From Candidatus Marinacidobacterales bacterium (GTDB lineage Bacteria; Acidobacteriota; Vicinamibacteria; Marinacidobacterales; DATDRI01), in the NCBI GenBank assembly GCA_965226495.1, contig OZ245365.1, forward strand, positions 4,192,001-4,256,000: a DNA stretch of 64,000 nt, in the 5' to 3' direction. Positions 17,778 to 27,812 of the stretch are shown here, piece after piece. The notes under the pieces were generated by a model. It was not told the origin of the DNA. It worked only from the letters and a program-made list of their open reading frames with translations, and did not search any database. The position numbers were made by a program, and so were the translations under genes. Every line of letters begins with the position of its first letter. Position 1 is the stretch's first letter.

Positions 17778-18593
17778 TTGTCTAGCGTGTTGGTGGCAAG
17801 CCCCCGCCAAAGTGCCTTCTCCTTTAGCGTTCATGGCCCCCGATTCGGTTTCGGGTTGGGATATCGCCACCGGCACTTTGCCTACCACTGGCCAACCGTC
17901 AGGCTTGGCTCCCCCTATCCTTACTACCACCGACTTGTGTACGCACGCGCGCGCCCACTGCCAACATACGCTCCCTACCAGGGCTACACGTACGGGTCGG
18001 GCGCTATTCGAACACTCGTGCAACCGAAGCGCGCGGAGGTCTACGTCGACGGCTACTACGCGGGCATTGTCGATGACTTCGACGGTGCGTTCCAAAAGCT
18101 CTACCTTGCGCCTGGTGAGCATGTTATCGAGCTGCGGCTCGAAGGGCACCGAGACTTTCAGCAGCTCATCCTGGTCACTCCGGGCCACACTCAAAAGATC
18201 CACCATGAGTTGGTTCCCCTCACCCCGGAGGAGACCGAAAAGCCCGTACAGCCAGCGGGTGTCGTCCGGGAAGAGAGTCCGGAAGGCCGCGATCGACGGG
18301 CTCCCCCGCCGCCCACCAGTACCGCGCCGGCACCACCAACCTCTCCAGTTCCTGGCTCCGCCTCGCGGGCCCGTTTCGGCGTTCTCAAGCTTCGCGTGCA
18401 GCCGGCGGAGGCCCAGGTCCGGATCGACGGCGAGGTATGGGGACATCTCGGCGGGATGGAAGAGCTCTCGATTCACCTACCCGCAGGTCGGCACTGGATC
18501 GAGCTTCTCCGGGATGGCCAACCTGACTTTTCCACGGAAGTAGAGATCCAGCTCGGACAGCCAACGCCACTGAACGTTAGACTCGCCCCCTAG
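17778..18593 (+). CDS. PEGA domain-containing protein (two PEGA domains, Pro-rich linker); start uncertain
   Basis: VQPKRAEVYVDGYYAGIVDDFDG..L.PG.H; VQPAEAQVRIDG. Confidence 0.75.
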   Translation: MSSVLVASPRQSAFSFSVHGPRFGFGLGYRHRHFAYHWPTVRLGSPYPYYHRLVYARARPLPTYAPYQGYTYGSGAIRTLVQPKRAEVYVDGYYAGIVDDFDGAFQKLYLAPGEHVIELRLEGHRDFQQLILVTPGHTQKIHHELVPLTPEETEKPVQPAGVVREESPEGRDRRAPPPPTSTAPAPPTSPVPGSASRARFGVLKLRVQPAEAQVRIDGEVWGHLGGMEELSIHLPAGRHWIELLRDGQPDFSTEVEIQLGQPTPLNVRLAP

Positions 18594-18668
18594 GCGGGGG
18601 CGAGAGGCGACTCACTCCGTCGGCGGAGCGAGCGGCCCTCGCCCCAGCAACGGGACGACTCGCAGAAC

Positions 18669-18698
18669 TTGACACTTTCCGACCCGGGCGATTATCCT
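18669..18698 (+). promoter_or_regulatory. Sigma70-type promoter
   Basis: TTGACA-N18-TATCCT upstream of the GWxTD gene. Confidence 0.5.
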
Positions 18699-18752
18699 AG
18701 CCCGATCTTGTAGTCACGGATCGACATTTAGAACCTTTGGGAGGACAGTATT

Positions 18753-20180
18753 TTGACGCTTCAAGCTAAGCTCGGCAGCCTGACGATGGCGATGGGTCTA
18801 ACTTTGCTCTTGGGGTCATCGGCCAACGCCGATGGCGACAAGCTGAGCAAGGATGACAAGAAATGGCTCGAGGAGGAGGTTGCGGCCCTCATCACCGCCG
18901 AGGAGCTCGAGATCTACAAAGACCTCAAGTCGAAAGATCGCAAGCTCTTCAAGGAAATCTTCTGGGCCCGCCGAGACCCCAACCCCATGACGCCCAAGAA
19001 CGAGTTCATCGACGGATACAAGGAAAGGGTCAAGGCGGCGGACGAGAACATCAAGAACGTCGGCATGAAGGGTTCTCGCTCGGACATGGGTCGCGTCGTG
19101 CTGCTGCTGGGGAGTCCAACGGAAAACAATCGCGACGGCCAGATCGTAACCTGGAGATACGATCCCAACCCTCCGCTGGGTATCCCCGACGGTCTCAAGC
19201 TTGAGTTTCGCGACGTCGGTATGGGGTATCGCATGTTCGGTTCCGATGACGTCGAGGCAACGCTGGAGCGCGTCAAGACCTTCTACCTGATGAACCGAAG
19301 CGTCCTCTACACCAGGGACGAGGACGGGCGTCTGCTCAAGCCGGACTCGCAATTCGATCCCAATAGCCCAGCCAAGAAGCTGCTGCAAGAGCTGATAGAT
19401 ACGCAAACCGAGAACCCAGCCATCCCCTTCGTAGCGAGAAGCTCTTTCTTTAGAGCCCAGGAGGGCGCGGTTTATGTACCGGTTCTCTTCGAGATCAAGG
19501 CCGAGGCGCTGACCTGGAAGCAAGACAAGGCGGCGGCGACGATTTTCGGAGCCGTGCAAAACGCCGAGGGTCAGACTCTCTTTCCCTTCGAGCAACCGGT
19601 CGAGCTCGAGAACAAAGACGGCATCGCCTTGTACGAGATGCCCGTACAGGTTAGTCCGGGCTCCTATACTTTTCTCTTCGGTGTGCTGGACACTGAATCC
19701 AATACCGTCGGGACGAGGGTTCTTCCGGTCGAGATACCGGACTTCGGCGGCGAAGGCCTAAAGTTGTCTTCCCTGGTCGTCTATTCGGAAGGCCGGAAGG
19801 TCGAGGACTTACCGGGTACTCCTGGGCACGCGTTTCAATTCGGTCCGATCCAATTCGTCCAAATGCCGGGCGACATGGTGACGTACTCGACGAGCGACAA
19901 CATCGGGATCTTCTACTTCGTCTATGGATTCGGCGTAGAGGAAGGCGGCGAGCCCGACCTCACCGCGCAATACGTTTTCTTCAAAGACGGGAAGAGGCGC
20001 GGGCAAACCGGAGCAGAGCCACTTCAAGGTGGTGAGGGCCAGGCGGTCGGAAACGCCGAGATTCCGCTGGCCAGCTTCGAGCCCGGAAACTACAAGATCC
20101 AGATCAAGGTGATCGATAAGGTTACGAAGGAAACAATCACCGACGAGTTCGAGTTCGTCGTGGAGGGTGCTTCCGAGTAG
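18753..20180 (+). CDS. GWxTD domain-containing secreted protein
   Basis: WLEEEV..LIT.EE..FWARRDPNPMTPKNEF..GSRSDMGRV..LG.P; GGAGGA RBS before TTG. Confidence 0.8.
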   Translation: MTLQAKLGSLTMAMGLTLLLGSSANADGDKLSKDDKKWLEEEVAALITAEELEIYKDLKSKDRKLFKEIFWARRDPNPMTPKNEFIDGYKERVKAADENIKNVGMKGSRSDMGRVVLLLGSPTENNRDGQIVTWRYDPNPPLGIPDGLKLEFRDVGMGYRMFGSDDVEATLERVKTFYLMNRSVLYTRDEDGRLLKPDSQFDPNSPAKKLLQELIDTQTENPAIPFVARSSFFRAQEGAVYVPVLFEIKAEALTWKQDKAAATIFGAVQNAEGQTLFPFEQPVELENKDGIALYEMPVQVSPGSYTFLFGVLDTESNTVGTRVLPVEIPDFGGEGLKLSSLVVYSEGRKVEDLPGTPGHAFQFGPIQFVQMPGDMVTYSTSDNIGIFYFVYGFGVEEGGEPDLTAQYVFFKDGKRRGQTGAEPLQGGEGQAVGNAEIPLASFEPGNYKIQIKVIDKVTKETITDEFEFVVEGASE

Positions 20181-20204
20181 AAACCACGTTTAACCGAAAC
20201 AAGG

Positions 20205-20248
20205 ACGGGAACGGCTTCCTACAAAAGTCGTTCCCGTTTTTCTTTTTT
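20205..20248 (+). terminator. Rho-independent terminator
   Basis: ACGGGAACGGCTT..AAGTCGTTCCCGT followed by a T-tract. Confidence 0.7.
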
Positions 20249-20266
20249 GGGGATGAAAAGTCCTGG

Positions 20267-20368
20267 CCCCTCACCCAGGGGGAGAGGGATTAACGGATGA
20301 GGAGTCCTTTAGCCCTCACCCAGGCCCTCTCCCAGAGGGAGAGGGATTAACGGATGAGGAGTCCTTTA
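20267..20368. repeat. Two copies of the CCCTCTCCC-GGGAGAGGG REP-like unit (one internally deleted)
   Basis: ccctcacccagg[..]gggagagggattaacggatgaggagtccttta twice; same family as 8799-9014. Confidence 0.8.
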
Positions 20369-21538
20369 TTAAGCGGCTTTGCGAGCCTTGGACTTGGATA
20401 GGATTTCGATAGCCTTCTCGAGAATGGGGTCGCCATCACCGTTGTCTGCCTGAAACGAATCCGCGACTTCTACGGTAGGCTCGAGACCCTTGCCCAGAAG
20501 GGTTTCGCCTTTCGGTGTCGAGTACTGAGACACCGAAAGCACGAGGCCCGAACCGTCGTCGAGGGGGATAGCCTTCTGGACACCGCCGCGGCCGGCCGTA
20601 CGCTCCCCGACCAGCTCGCCTCTTTCCGCATGCTGGATAGCGCTTCCGAAGATCTCTGCAGCGGTGGATGTACCACGGTTCGCCAGGACCGTGATGGGAC
20701 CGTCAAAAACAACCCGCCCGGTCTCGAGCGCAAGTTCGGTCTTTTCTCCGGCGCGATTCTCGAGAATGGCGGCCACGCCACCTGACATGAAGAGCTCAGC
20801 CACCTGAGAACCCTCTGCAGCTGTCCGACCGAAACTATTCCGCACGTCCACGACCAAAGCGGTCGCACCGTCGCCGGTCATGCTCCGAACGGCGCTCGTC
20901 ACTTCTTCGTCCACTCCGGGTCGAAAGGCCGCGATCCGAATGTACCCGATGGAGTCCGTCAGCATCTTGTAGGCCACCACGTCCCCGGAATGGACCTCTC
21001 GCTTGACGCTGATCTCAATGGGATCCGCCTGACGCCCGCGGATCACCTGCAAATCTACGGTGGTACCGGTGGGACCTCGTAACATCGATTCGCCAATCGC
21101 AACGCTGAATTCACGCGTGTTTCTACCTCCCACCGATTTTAGGAGGTCGCCCGGTTGAAGGCCGGCTTTTTCGGCAGCAGAATCTGGGAGCACACCTACT
21201 ACCGACAGGTAGTAACGCTTGGTTACTTCGACTCCAATCCCCGCCGTTTCCTGTTCCCCCGGATTCTGAAACTTGGCGAACTCTTCCGGCGACAGGTAGG
21301 CGCTATCCGAATCGAGGGCTTCCATCATCCCTCGGATCCCGCCTTCGAGTACTCCATCCATCTCCACCGCGTCCACGTAGTTGTTCATGATCAGAGTGAC
21401 GACGTCTTGAAAGACGGACAAATATCGATAGGCGGAGTCTCGGGCCAGGGCCCGACCCAGGACCCCTCCCAAAACCACGTAGATGACGAAGGGACCGGAG
21501 AGCAGCAGGAGCAAGTGCCTGGCACGAACGAACTTCAT
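20369..21538 (-). CDS. S41 (CtpA-like) PDZ peptidase with substituted catalytic residues
   Basis: PDZ GIGV, IGYIRI; TSTAAE and TAGRGGVQ in place of SASASE and TxGKGxVQ. Confidence 0.8.
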   Translation of the reverse strand: MKFVRARHLLLLLSGPFVIYVVLGGVLGRALARDSAYRYLSVFQDVVTLIMNNYVDAVEMDGVLEGGIRGMMEALDSDSAYLSPEEFAKFQNPGEQETAGIGVEVTKRYYLSVVGVLPDSAAEKAGLQPGDLLKSVGGRNTREFSVAIGESMLRGPTGTTVDLQVIRGRQADPIEISVKREVHSGDVVAYKMLTDSIGYIRIAAFRPGVDEEVTSAVRSMTGDGATALVVDVRNSFGRTAAEGSQVAELFMSGGVAAILENRAGEKTELALETGRVVFDGPITVLANRGTSTAAEIFGSAIQHAERGELVGERTAGRGGVQKAIPLDDGSGLVLSVSQYSTPKGETLLGKGLEPTVEVADSFQADNGDGDPILEKAIEILSKSKARKAA

Positions 21539-21611
21539 GATGCGGGAGCCTCCTGGGCGTGTAGCGTTACAAAAACCATCTTTTCCATTCTGCCTTCACG
21601 CCCGCCAATCG

Positions 21612-22847
21612 TCAAGGCGAAGGCATTCTCAGGTCTGTGGTGCGTTTTGGTGGCTCGGCCAGCCACTCCTCCGGATTCACCGGCTGGCCGTCCTCGCGGA
21701 TCTCGAAATAAAGGCTGGGCCCGATGAGAGACCCCGTATCCCCAACGAGGGCGATCTCATCGCCGCGCCGGATAGTGTCACCCTCCCGGACCTTGATCTC
21801 GGACAGATGCCCGTAGAGGCTGTGTACCTTGTGCGGGTGGCTCACAATAAGGAGTGTGCCGTAGCCTTGGAACCAGGACGCAAAAACTGCCTCCCCGTCG
21901 TAGACCGCCCGAACCGAGGTACCGATCGGGGCGTTGATCTCGACGCCGTTTTGCACGGTCACGGTGCGGAATCGAGGGTGCCGGTGCTTGCCGAAGCTGG
22001 CACCGATCCGGCCCTCGACTGGCCAGCCGAGCTCCCCGCGAAAGAGGCGGATGGGAAGAAACAACGTGTCGAGCTGGTTCTCCCCACCTACTTCCAGGTC
22101 GGCGATCAAGGTAGTCAGTCGCGACCGCGCGTCTTCCAACTCGAATTGCAAGGTCTCAGCCATCTCTCGGCGTTCATAGATTTCTTCCAAGAGCGCCGCC
22201 CTAGTGGCCCGCCGTCGCTCGAGGGATCGCGCCGTCCCTTCGAGATCTTTCTTGGTCTCGAGTGTCTGCCTCGTCCCTTCGAGAAGCTCCGCTTTCGTTT
22301 CCTCGAGAGCTTCTTGATCGGCCAAGAACTGACTGATCTTTTCCGCATCCACCCGAGCCAATCGAGAAATGTAGCGATACGCACGGGTCAGCTCATTCGG
22401 CTCTTCGACCGAAAGCAGCAGACGCATATAGCTAAGCTTGCCCAGCTTGTAGAGACCCACCGCTCGGCTCGCAAGGTAAGGCATCAATTCTCGGATGGAA
22501 GCCTCAAGAGCCTGAACCTGCTTGAGATTGCGATCGATCTCCCGATAACCCCGCTCGAGCTGAAGCGTCAAAAGCTGGACCTTCTGATGCGCAACTGCTA
22601 TCTGCACTTCTAGACGATGGAGCTCCCCGATGACCGTCGTCTGCTGATCGTCCAGGGACACGAGCTCATCGTTCAGGACAGCAAGCTTCTCGGATAGCAG
22701 CTCGAGCTTGGCTTCTTCCTCGGCAAGACGGTCTGGGTCGGGGTCCTGACCAACGAGCACACTAGCCGCCATCAGGCACAGAGTCATGGCGGAAGAGACA
22801 AGTGTCCACTTGGCGAGGAGCCGGCGGCGAATCCGGGAAACGCGCAA
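21612..22847 (-). CDS. envC: Murein hydrolase activator EnvC family (coiled coil plus degenerate M23)
   Basis: Long coiled coil, WPVEG, NGVEI, SLYGHL, LYFEIR. Confidence 0.8.
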   Translation of the reverse strand: MRVSRIRRRLLAKWTLVSSAMTLCLMAASVLVGQDPDPDRLAEEEAKLELLSEKLAVLNDELVSLDDQQTTVIGELHRLEVQIAVAHQKVQLLTLQLERGYREIDRNLKQVQALEASIRELMPYLASRAVGLYKLGKLSYMRLLLSVEEPNELTRAYRYISRLARVDAEKISQFLADQEALEETKAELLEGTRQTLETKKDLEGTARSLERRRATRAALLEEIYERREMAETLQFELEDARSRLTTLIADLEVGGENQLDTLFLPIRLFRGELGWPVEGRIGASFGKHRHPRFRTVTVQNGVEINAPIGTSVRAVYDGEAVFASWFQGYGTLLIVSHPHKVHSLYGHLSEIKVREGDTIRRGDEIALVGDTGSLIGPSLYFEIREDGQPVNPEEWLAEPPKRTTDLRMPSP

Positions 22848-22932
22848 GATATTTCTCAGTGAATGGAGGATAAGCTAGTGTCATTATAAGCGTTTACCCT
22901 CGGAGTGACAACGGATTTTTGGAGCGAAGGGC

Positions 22933-23964
22933 TCAGCGAACCACGAGTCGTCCGGGCTGCCCTAGCTTCCCCGCGAGCTCGACGGTACGCTCGAGAAACG
23001 CCTTGATCACATCGACGTTCGTTCGGAGGTGCTCGGTTACCCGGACGGTCGTGAACTCAGAGGGGCCGGACGCCAAAGCGAGGGGGAGTACGATTTGATC
23101 GGCGAGCCGCTCATCAACCGCACCGGGTCGTTCCAAGTAGAAGCGGAACTGCGCCGCCGCCTCCTCACCGACCGCTTCCGCCGACTTGCCCCGCGTCCCG
23201 AGCGCAGACGTGGTGATCCACGTTTCATCGAAGCGGCCGGAGATGGCGACCACGCTTCCCGGTGACGCGGCATCGAGCTTCAGAAGTTGCACCGAGGCCT
23301 CGTGCCCGGTCGCCTGCACTCCGGCGCGCGCCCGTGCCGCTTGTCTCTGTCGAACATGGGCCGGAATACCGGCCGCCGCTGAAACGATCTCGAGAGACCG
23401 CAGCGACCCAGGGTCCAGAAGTTGAAGGGAACGAAGCTTGGCTCCCCCCTCGATGCGCGCCGAGATCTGTCCGCCACCTCTTGGGTAAAAGCCAGCCCTA
23501 TCGAGTTGGACGTTCATCTCGAGACCGAGACGGCGCACGAAGGGAAGCCAGCACGACTCGATATAGTTGAACGGTGGGCTCCCGGGTACGTGCGTGCCCC
23601 CGCAGAGAACGAGCTCCGAGGGCCCCTCGGCGAGCGCCAATGGCAGGGTGAGAGCCTGGAGCACCAAGGTCGCCGACCCGGCGGTGCGGATGTCCACTCG
23701 ATAAGACCCTGGCCGCAAACGCTCGGGTGTGAAAACCACTTCGCGGGAACCCTCTTCGTCGCCGCGGCAGGAAGCCCCGCTCAGTTCGCGAAACGCCCTC
23801 AGCGCGTGCAGGTGTTGCGGTGCCAGTCCGGGTGGGCTTCGCCGCCCACGGATCCCACGAATATGGAAGGGGCGTCCGGTAATGACAGAAAGGGCGAGCG
23901 CGGAACGAAGCACTTGGCCGCCGCCCTCTCCGCGACCCCCATCGATTTGAACAAGCTCGGCCAT
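22933..23964 (-). CDS. rtcA: RNA 3'-terminal phosphate cyclase
   Basis: GEGGGQVLR, GL.PQH, GGTHV..SP, GFYPRGGG, LADQ, catalytic HLRTN. Confidence 0.93.
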   Translation of the reverse strand: MAELVQIDGGRGEGGGQVLRSALALSVITGRPFHIRGIRGRRSPPGLAPQHLHALRAFRELSGASCRGDEEGSREVVFTPERLRPGSYRVDIRTAGSATLVLQALTLPLALAEGPSELVLCGGTHVPGSPPFNYIESCWLPFVRRLGLEMNVQLDRAGFYPRGGGQISARIEGGAKLRSLQLLDPGSLRSLEIVSAAAGIPAHVRQRQAARARAGVQATGHEASVQLLKLDAASPGSVVAISGRFDETWITTSALGTRGKSAEAVGEEAAAQFRFYLERPGAVDERLADQIVLPLALASGPSEFTTVRVTEHLRTNVDVIKAFLERTVELAGKLGQPGRLVVR

Positions 23965-24028
23965 TTCTGTTGTTTGACGGTTGTTTTAACCGGTGGCTAT
24001 ACTACTTTTTTCCAAAAATTCTCACACG

Positions 24029-24496
24029 ATGCGATTCATGGGGCTGGATTTCGGCAGCAAATACATCGGCATTGCTGTCTCCGACGAAGGGGGCCTCATC
24101 GCCTCGCCGCGCGAGTCACTGCGCCGCACCAACCTCGAAAAAGACATCGAGCACCTTACTTCGGGGGCTGGGGAGGAAGACGTCGGAGAGTTTGTGGTCG
24201 GCATGCCGCTTTCCCTAGACGGGAGCGAGGGGCCGCAGGCGAAGAAAGTGATGGCATTCATCAGTAAGCTCCAGCAAATGTCGGAAATCCACGTCACGCC
24301 GTGGGACGAGCGTCTTACGACGGTCGCGGCCCAGCGCTCCTTGATCGAAGCCGACGTGTCTCGCGCTCGCCGCAAGAAAGTCGTCGACAAGGTAGCGGCT
24401 GCCATTATGCTCCAAAGCTACTTGGACTACCGTAGTATCAAGCAGTCCTCGGAGGAGTCGCAAGCCCGGCAGGCCGAGTCGGACGAAGAGTCCTGA
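24029..24496 (+). CDS. ruvX: Pre-16S rRNA nuclease / Holliday junction resolvase-like YqgF
   Basis: GLDFGSKYIGIAVSD, VVGMP, WDERLTT, VDKVAAAIMLQSYLD. Confidence 0.93.
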   Translation: MRFMGLDFGSKYIGIAVSDEGGLIASPRESLRRTNLEKDIEHLTSGAGEEDVGEFVVGMPLSLDGSEGPQAKKVMAFISKLQQMSEIHVTPWDERLTTVAAQRSLIEADVSRARRKKVVDKVAAAIMLQSYLDYRSIKQSSEESQARQAESDEES

Positions 24497-24517
24497 CATT
24501 GATGAAGTGACGAAGCG

Positions 24518-25591
24518 ATGAAACGATTGAAGCGCGTCCTGTGGCTCCTTGCAATTTCTGTCCTTCTCGTCTGCGTTGCGGCAGGGGTCGGAGTGTATGC
24601 CGCTTACCAAAAGGCGACCGAACCCTACAAAGGTTACTCTGGAGACGAGATCTTTTTCACGGTAACGCAGGGGCAAACGGGCGCATCCATTGCTCGGGAG
24701 CTCGAAGCTGAGGGAATTACCCGCGATCACCGATTGTTCGTCGCCGCACTCTGGCTCAAGAAGGCGACCGGCCGCCTACAAGCCGGTGAATATCGTTTCA
24801 CGAAACCGGCCTCCACGGTGGATGTTATCGACCGGCTCGCCGACGGCGACATCTATTTGTTGTCGGTAACGATACCGGAGGGATTGACTCTTTCCGAGAC
24901 CGCCGACCACCTAGCAAGAAAGGGCATCGGCGACGCCGACGCGTTTCGCGCCGTCTTCGGTCGACGCGAGCTCATCGCGTCGACCGATCCCGAGGCCAGC
25001 GACCTCGAGGGCTACCTTTTCCCCGAGACCTATCGATTTCCACGCCGGCCCGCACCGGAGGAAGTAGCCCGCGCCTTGACCGCCCGCTTCATCCAGCTCT
25101 TCGATGAAGAACGTCTGGCAAAGGCAGCCAGTCTAGAGTTCGATGTACGCGACGTCGTGACCTTGGCCTCGATCGTTGAGAAGGAAACGGGCCGAGCCGA
25201 AGAGAGGCCTCTCATTGCCTCGGTGTTCTGGAACCGGCTCAATCGCCGCATGGCATTGCAGTCGGATCCCACGATCATCTACGCCCTGAAGCGGCAGGGT
25301 CGCTACGACGGGAATCTCAGGCGAGACGATCTCAAGTTGGACTCCCCATACAACACCTATCGTTTTCCCGGGCTTCCTCCCGGTCCGATCGCATCTCCGG
25401 GCCTGGCAGCCATCGACGCGGTGCTCTCGCCGCCGGAGACCAAGTATCTCTACTTCGTATCCAAGAACGATGGCTCCCATTATTTCTCGCGCACTCTGAG
25501 AGAACACACCAACGCGGTGCGGAAGTACCAGGTGGAGTATTTTCGGCAGAAGCGTCGCGAAAGGCAAAAGAAGAAGGCAGGCGTTTCGTGA
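24518..25591 (+). CDS. mltG: Endolytic transglycosylase MltG
   Basis: TIPEG, LEGYLFPETY, ASIVEKET, LQSDPT, SPYNTY..GLPPGPI. Confidence 0.95.
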   Translation: MKRLKRVLWLLAISVLLVCVAAGVGVYAAYQKATEPYKGYSGDEIFFTVTQGQTGASIARELEAEGITRDHRLFVAALWLKKATGRLQAGEYRFTKPASTVDVIDRLADGDIYLLSVTIPEGLTLSETADHLARKGIGDADAFRAVFGRRELIASTDPEASDLEGYLFPETYRFPRRPAPEEVARALTARFIQLFDEERLAKAASLEFDVRDVVTLASIVEKETGRAEERPLIASVFWNRLNRRMALQSDPTIIYALKRQGRYDGNLRRDDLKLDSPYNTYRFPGLPPGPIASPGLAAIDAVLSPPETKYLYFVSKNDGSHYFSRTLREHTNAVRKYQVEYFRQKRRERQKKKAGVS

Positions 25592-27684
25592 TCGGGAAGA
25601 GGGCGGGCCTCGGCCTCACCCTCGTTCTGGTCTACGCCGGACTCACCGTCCTCTTTACTTATCCCTTGGTCTGGTTTCTTACCAGCCATCATGCGGGCGA
25701 AGCCGGCGGTGACGCGCGCGTCTACCTGTGGAACATGTGGTGGGTGGACAAAGCGCTGACCGAGCTCCACACCAACCCCTTCGAGACCGATTTCATCTTT
25801 TATCCTCTTGGCATAGGCCTTTCGCTGCACACGCTCGGTCTCTCACAAGGTCTGCTCTTCATTGCCTTGAAGATCTTGCTCGGCGACGTCGCGGCGGCCA
25901 ACTCCATCCTGCTGATTACCTTTGTTGCCTCGGCCCTCGGAATGTACGCGCTCGCTCGATACTTAGGAGCGTCGACGTTGGGAGCCTTCCTTGCCGGGCT
26001 CGCCTTCGCTTTTTGCCCGTATCGGCTGGCTCGACTGGCCGGACACTACGATCTGCTTGGAACCGAATGGATTCCTCTCTATACCCTCTTTTTCCTCAAG
26101 GCGCTCCGTGTAAAAAGGCTCGACGCGAAGCTGCTACTAGCTGCGGGAGTGCTGGCGGCGCTCTGCGGATATACGACGCTTACTTATCTCGTCTTTCTCG
26201 CGTTGTTGAGCGGCCTCTATGTGCTTTGGCGAACGGCCTGCGACCGGCGCGACTTTTCGCCGATTGGGCGCGCGGCGCTCATTGGCCTAGTGACGGCGGG
26301 ATTGCTTCTCCCTCTTTTGCTCCAAGTGAATCGAGACCTATCTGCGTGGCGTTACTCCGCCTATCCGGGCTCCGATCGCTACGGCGCCGATCTTGCCTCC
26401 TACGCGTTGCCTGGACCCCAGCAAAACCTGTTGGGCGATTCGCTAGGACAAAGCTTCGATTCGAACTTGACCGAGGCCACCATCTTCCCGGGTTATGTGC
26501 TGCTGCTCGTGCTCGTCGGAGCGTTGTCAACGTCTTACGTGCGTCGCAACTACGTGTTTTGGTTTGTCGCTGCGGGAGTCTTTCTTCTATTGAGTCTCGG
26601 AAGTTCGTTGAAGATCGCAGGCTGGGAATCGGGGATCCCTCTCCCCTTCGCGTTGTTTCAAGAGCTCCCTTTGCTCGAGCATTTGCGCGCACCCTCCCGG
26701 CTTTCCATCGTGTTCATGCTTTGTGCCGCGGTACTTCTCGGCGTGACCTGGAGTTTTTGGATGGAGCGGGTCCGAAGGCCAGTATCGCGGGTGTTCCTGA
26801 CCGGCTTGGTGGCTATCGGTCTCGTCGCCGAATACCTGGCGATCCCGGTCCCCGTCTTCACCGCGGGGGTAGCGCCCATCCATCGGCAGCTCGCGGCGGA
26901 ACAAGAACAGTTCACGGTGATGGAGATCCCTGGCATCGAGCAGGTGCCTGAGCAATTGATGTATCACCAGACGGTGCACGGCAAGAACATCTTTATTGGA
27001 ACCGCAGCACGAGTCCCCCCCGAAAAGACGGCGTACTATTTCGGCCTACCGCTCGTCCGCCCGCTGGTCGACCTTCGCAAGGGGAAGATCGCTTTGAGCC
27101 CCGAGCTAATCAGCGAGCAAAGCGAGTTGGCGCCCGGCGTGGCTGCGTTTCTCGGCCTTCGCTACTTCATCGTGGAGAAGGCCTATGCTAAACGAGGCGT
27201 CCTGGAGTTTCTCGAAAAGGTTCTGCCGCTGGATCGTACCTACGAGGACGAAGAGAGGATTGGGTTGCGCGTCCGGGCCGACGAGCTCCCCCTCCCCCGG
27301 CATGCGATCGATCCGGGGGCCGCGGACTCACGTATGTATTTCGCCACCGGCTGGTCGAGGGCGGAGCAAGCGGAAGGGAGGAGCTTCCGGTGGGCCAACG
27401 AGAGCCGCTCGACCCTGTTGCTAAGGCGCCCCGACGACGCGGCGGGAGTGGTGGTCGAAATCTCTCCGCTCGACAACGAGTCGCAGCGGGTGACCGCGCG
27501 TATCGATGGAATGCTCCTCGGCGAAGCTACTCTCTCGCCTGGCTGGAACGAGATTCGATGGACGCTTCCTTCGCGCACGCGCCGCGTGGAACGACTCGAC
27601 CTTCAGTGGTCCGTGCTTACGCAGGCTTCCGAAGCCGACCCGAGGCGATTGGCCGCGCGCGTGTCCTCAATCCGCTTTGAGTAG
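25588..27684 (+). CDS. Polytopic GT-C/YfhO-like membrane glycosyltransferase
   Basis: GD..YLWNMWW, IFYP, AFAFCPYR, RAPSR, YHQTVHGK; many TM segments; GTGA overlap with mltG. Confidence 0.6.
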   Translation: MIGKRAGLGLTLVLVYAGLTVLFTYPLVWFLTSHHAGEAGGDARVYLWNMWWVDKALTELHTNPFETDFIFYPLGIGLSLHTLGLSQGLLFIALKILLGDVAAANSILLITFVASALGMYALARYLGASTLGAFLAGLAFAFCPYRLARLAGHYDLLGTEWIPLYTLFFLKALRVKRLDAKLLLAAGVLAALCGYTTLTYLVFLALLSGLYVLWRTACDRRDFSPIGRAALIGLVTAGLLLPLLLQVNRDLSAWRYSAYPGSDRYGADLASYALPGPQQNLLGDSLGQSFDSNLTEATIFPGYVLLLVLVGALSTSYVRRNYVFWFVAAGVFLLLSLGSSLKIAGWESGIPLPFALFQELPLLEHLRAPSRLSIVFMLCAAVLLGVTWSFWMERVRRPVSRVFLTGLVAIGLVAEYLAIPVPVFTAGVAPIHRQLAAEQEQFTVMEIPGIEQVPEQLMYHQTVHGKNIFIGTAARVPPEKTAYYFGLPLVRPLVDLRKGKIALSPELISEQSELAPGVAAFLGLRYFIVEKAYAKRGVLEFLEKVLPLDRTYEDEERIGLRVRADELPLPRHAIDPGAADSRMYFATGWSRAEQAEGRSFRWANESRSTLLLRRPDDAAGVVVEISPLDNESQRVTARIDGMLLGEATLSPGWNEIRWTLPSRTRRVERLDLQWSVLTQASEADPRRLAARVSSIRFE

Positions 27685-27752
27685 GCGTCTGACGGGGCAT
27701 ACAGCAGCAACCACGCTGACTGACGCCAAGAATGGGTTTAAGCAAGCAACGA

Positions 27753-27811
27753 GGGTCTGAATGCACAAAACTAGATCAGACCCCTGTAATAAAACGGGGT
27801 CAGACCCCTGT
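27753..27811. repeat. GGGGTCAGACCCC-type REP palindromes between convergent genes
   Basis: gggtctga..tcagacccctgt..ggggtcagacccctgt. Confidence 0.6.
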
Positions 27812-27812
27812 C

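Noticed and set aside
21612-22030. Degenerate M23 site in EnvC as a novel pseudoenzyme
   Set aside because: An established property of the EnvC family.
22933-23964. RtcA possibly inactive, or part of an rtcBA operon
   Set aside because: Catalytic His is present (EHLRTN); absence of an adjacent rtcB is not unusual.
21483-26951. Long alternative-frame ORFs (21483-22613, 23422-24267, 25728-26951; also 38325-39275)
   Set aside because: Shadows of well-supported genes in GC-rich DNA with no recognisable motifs.
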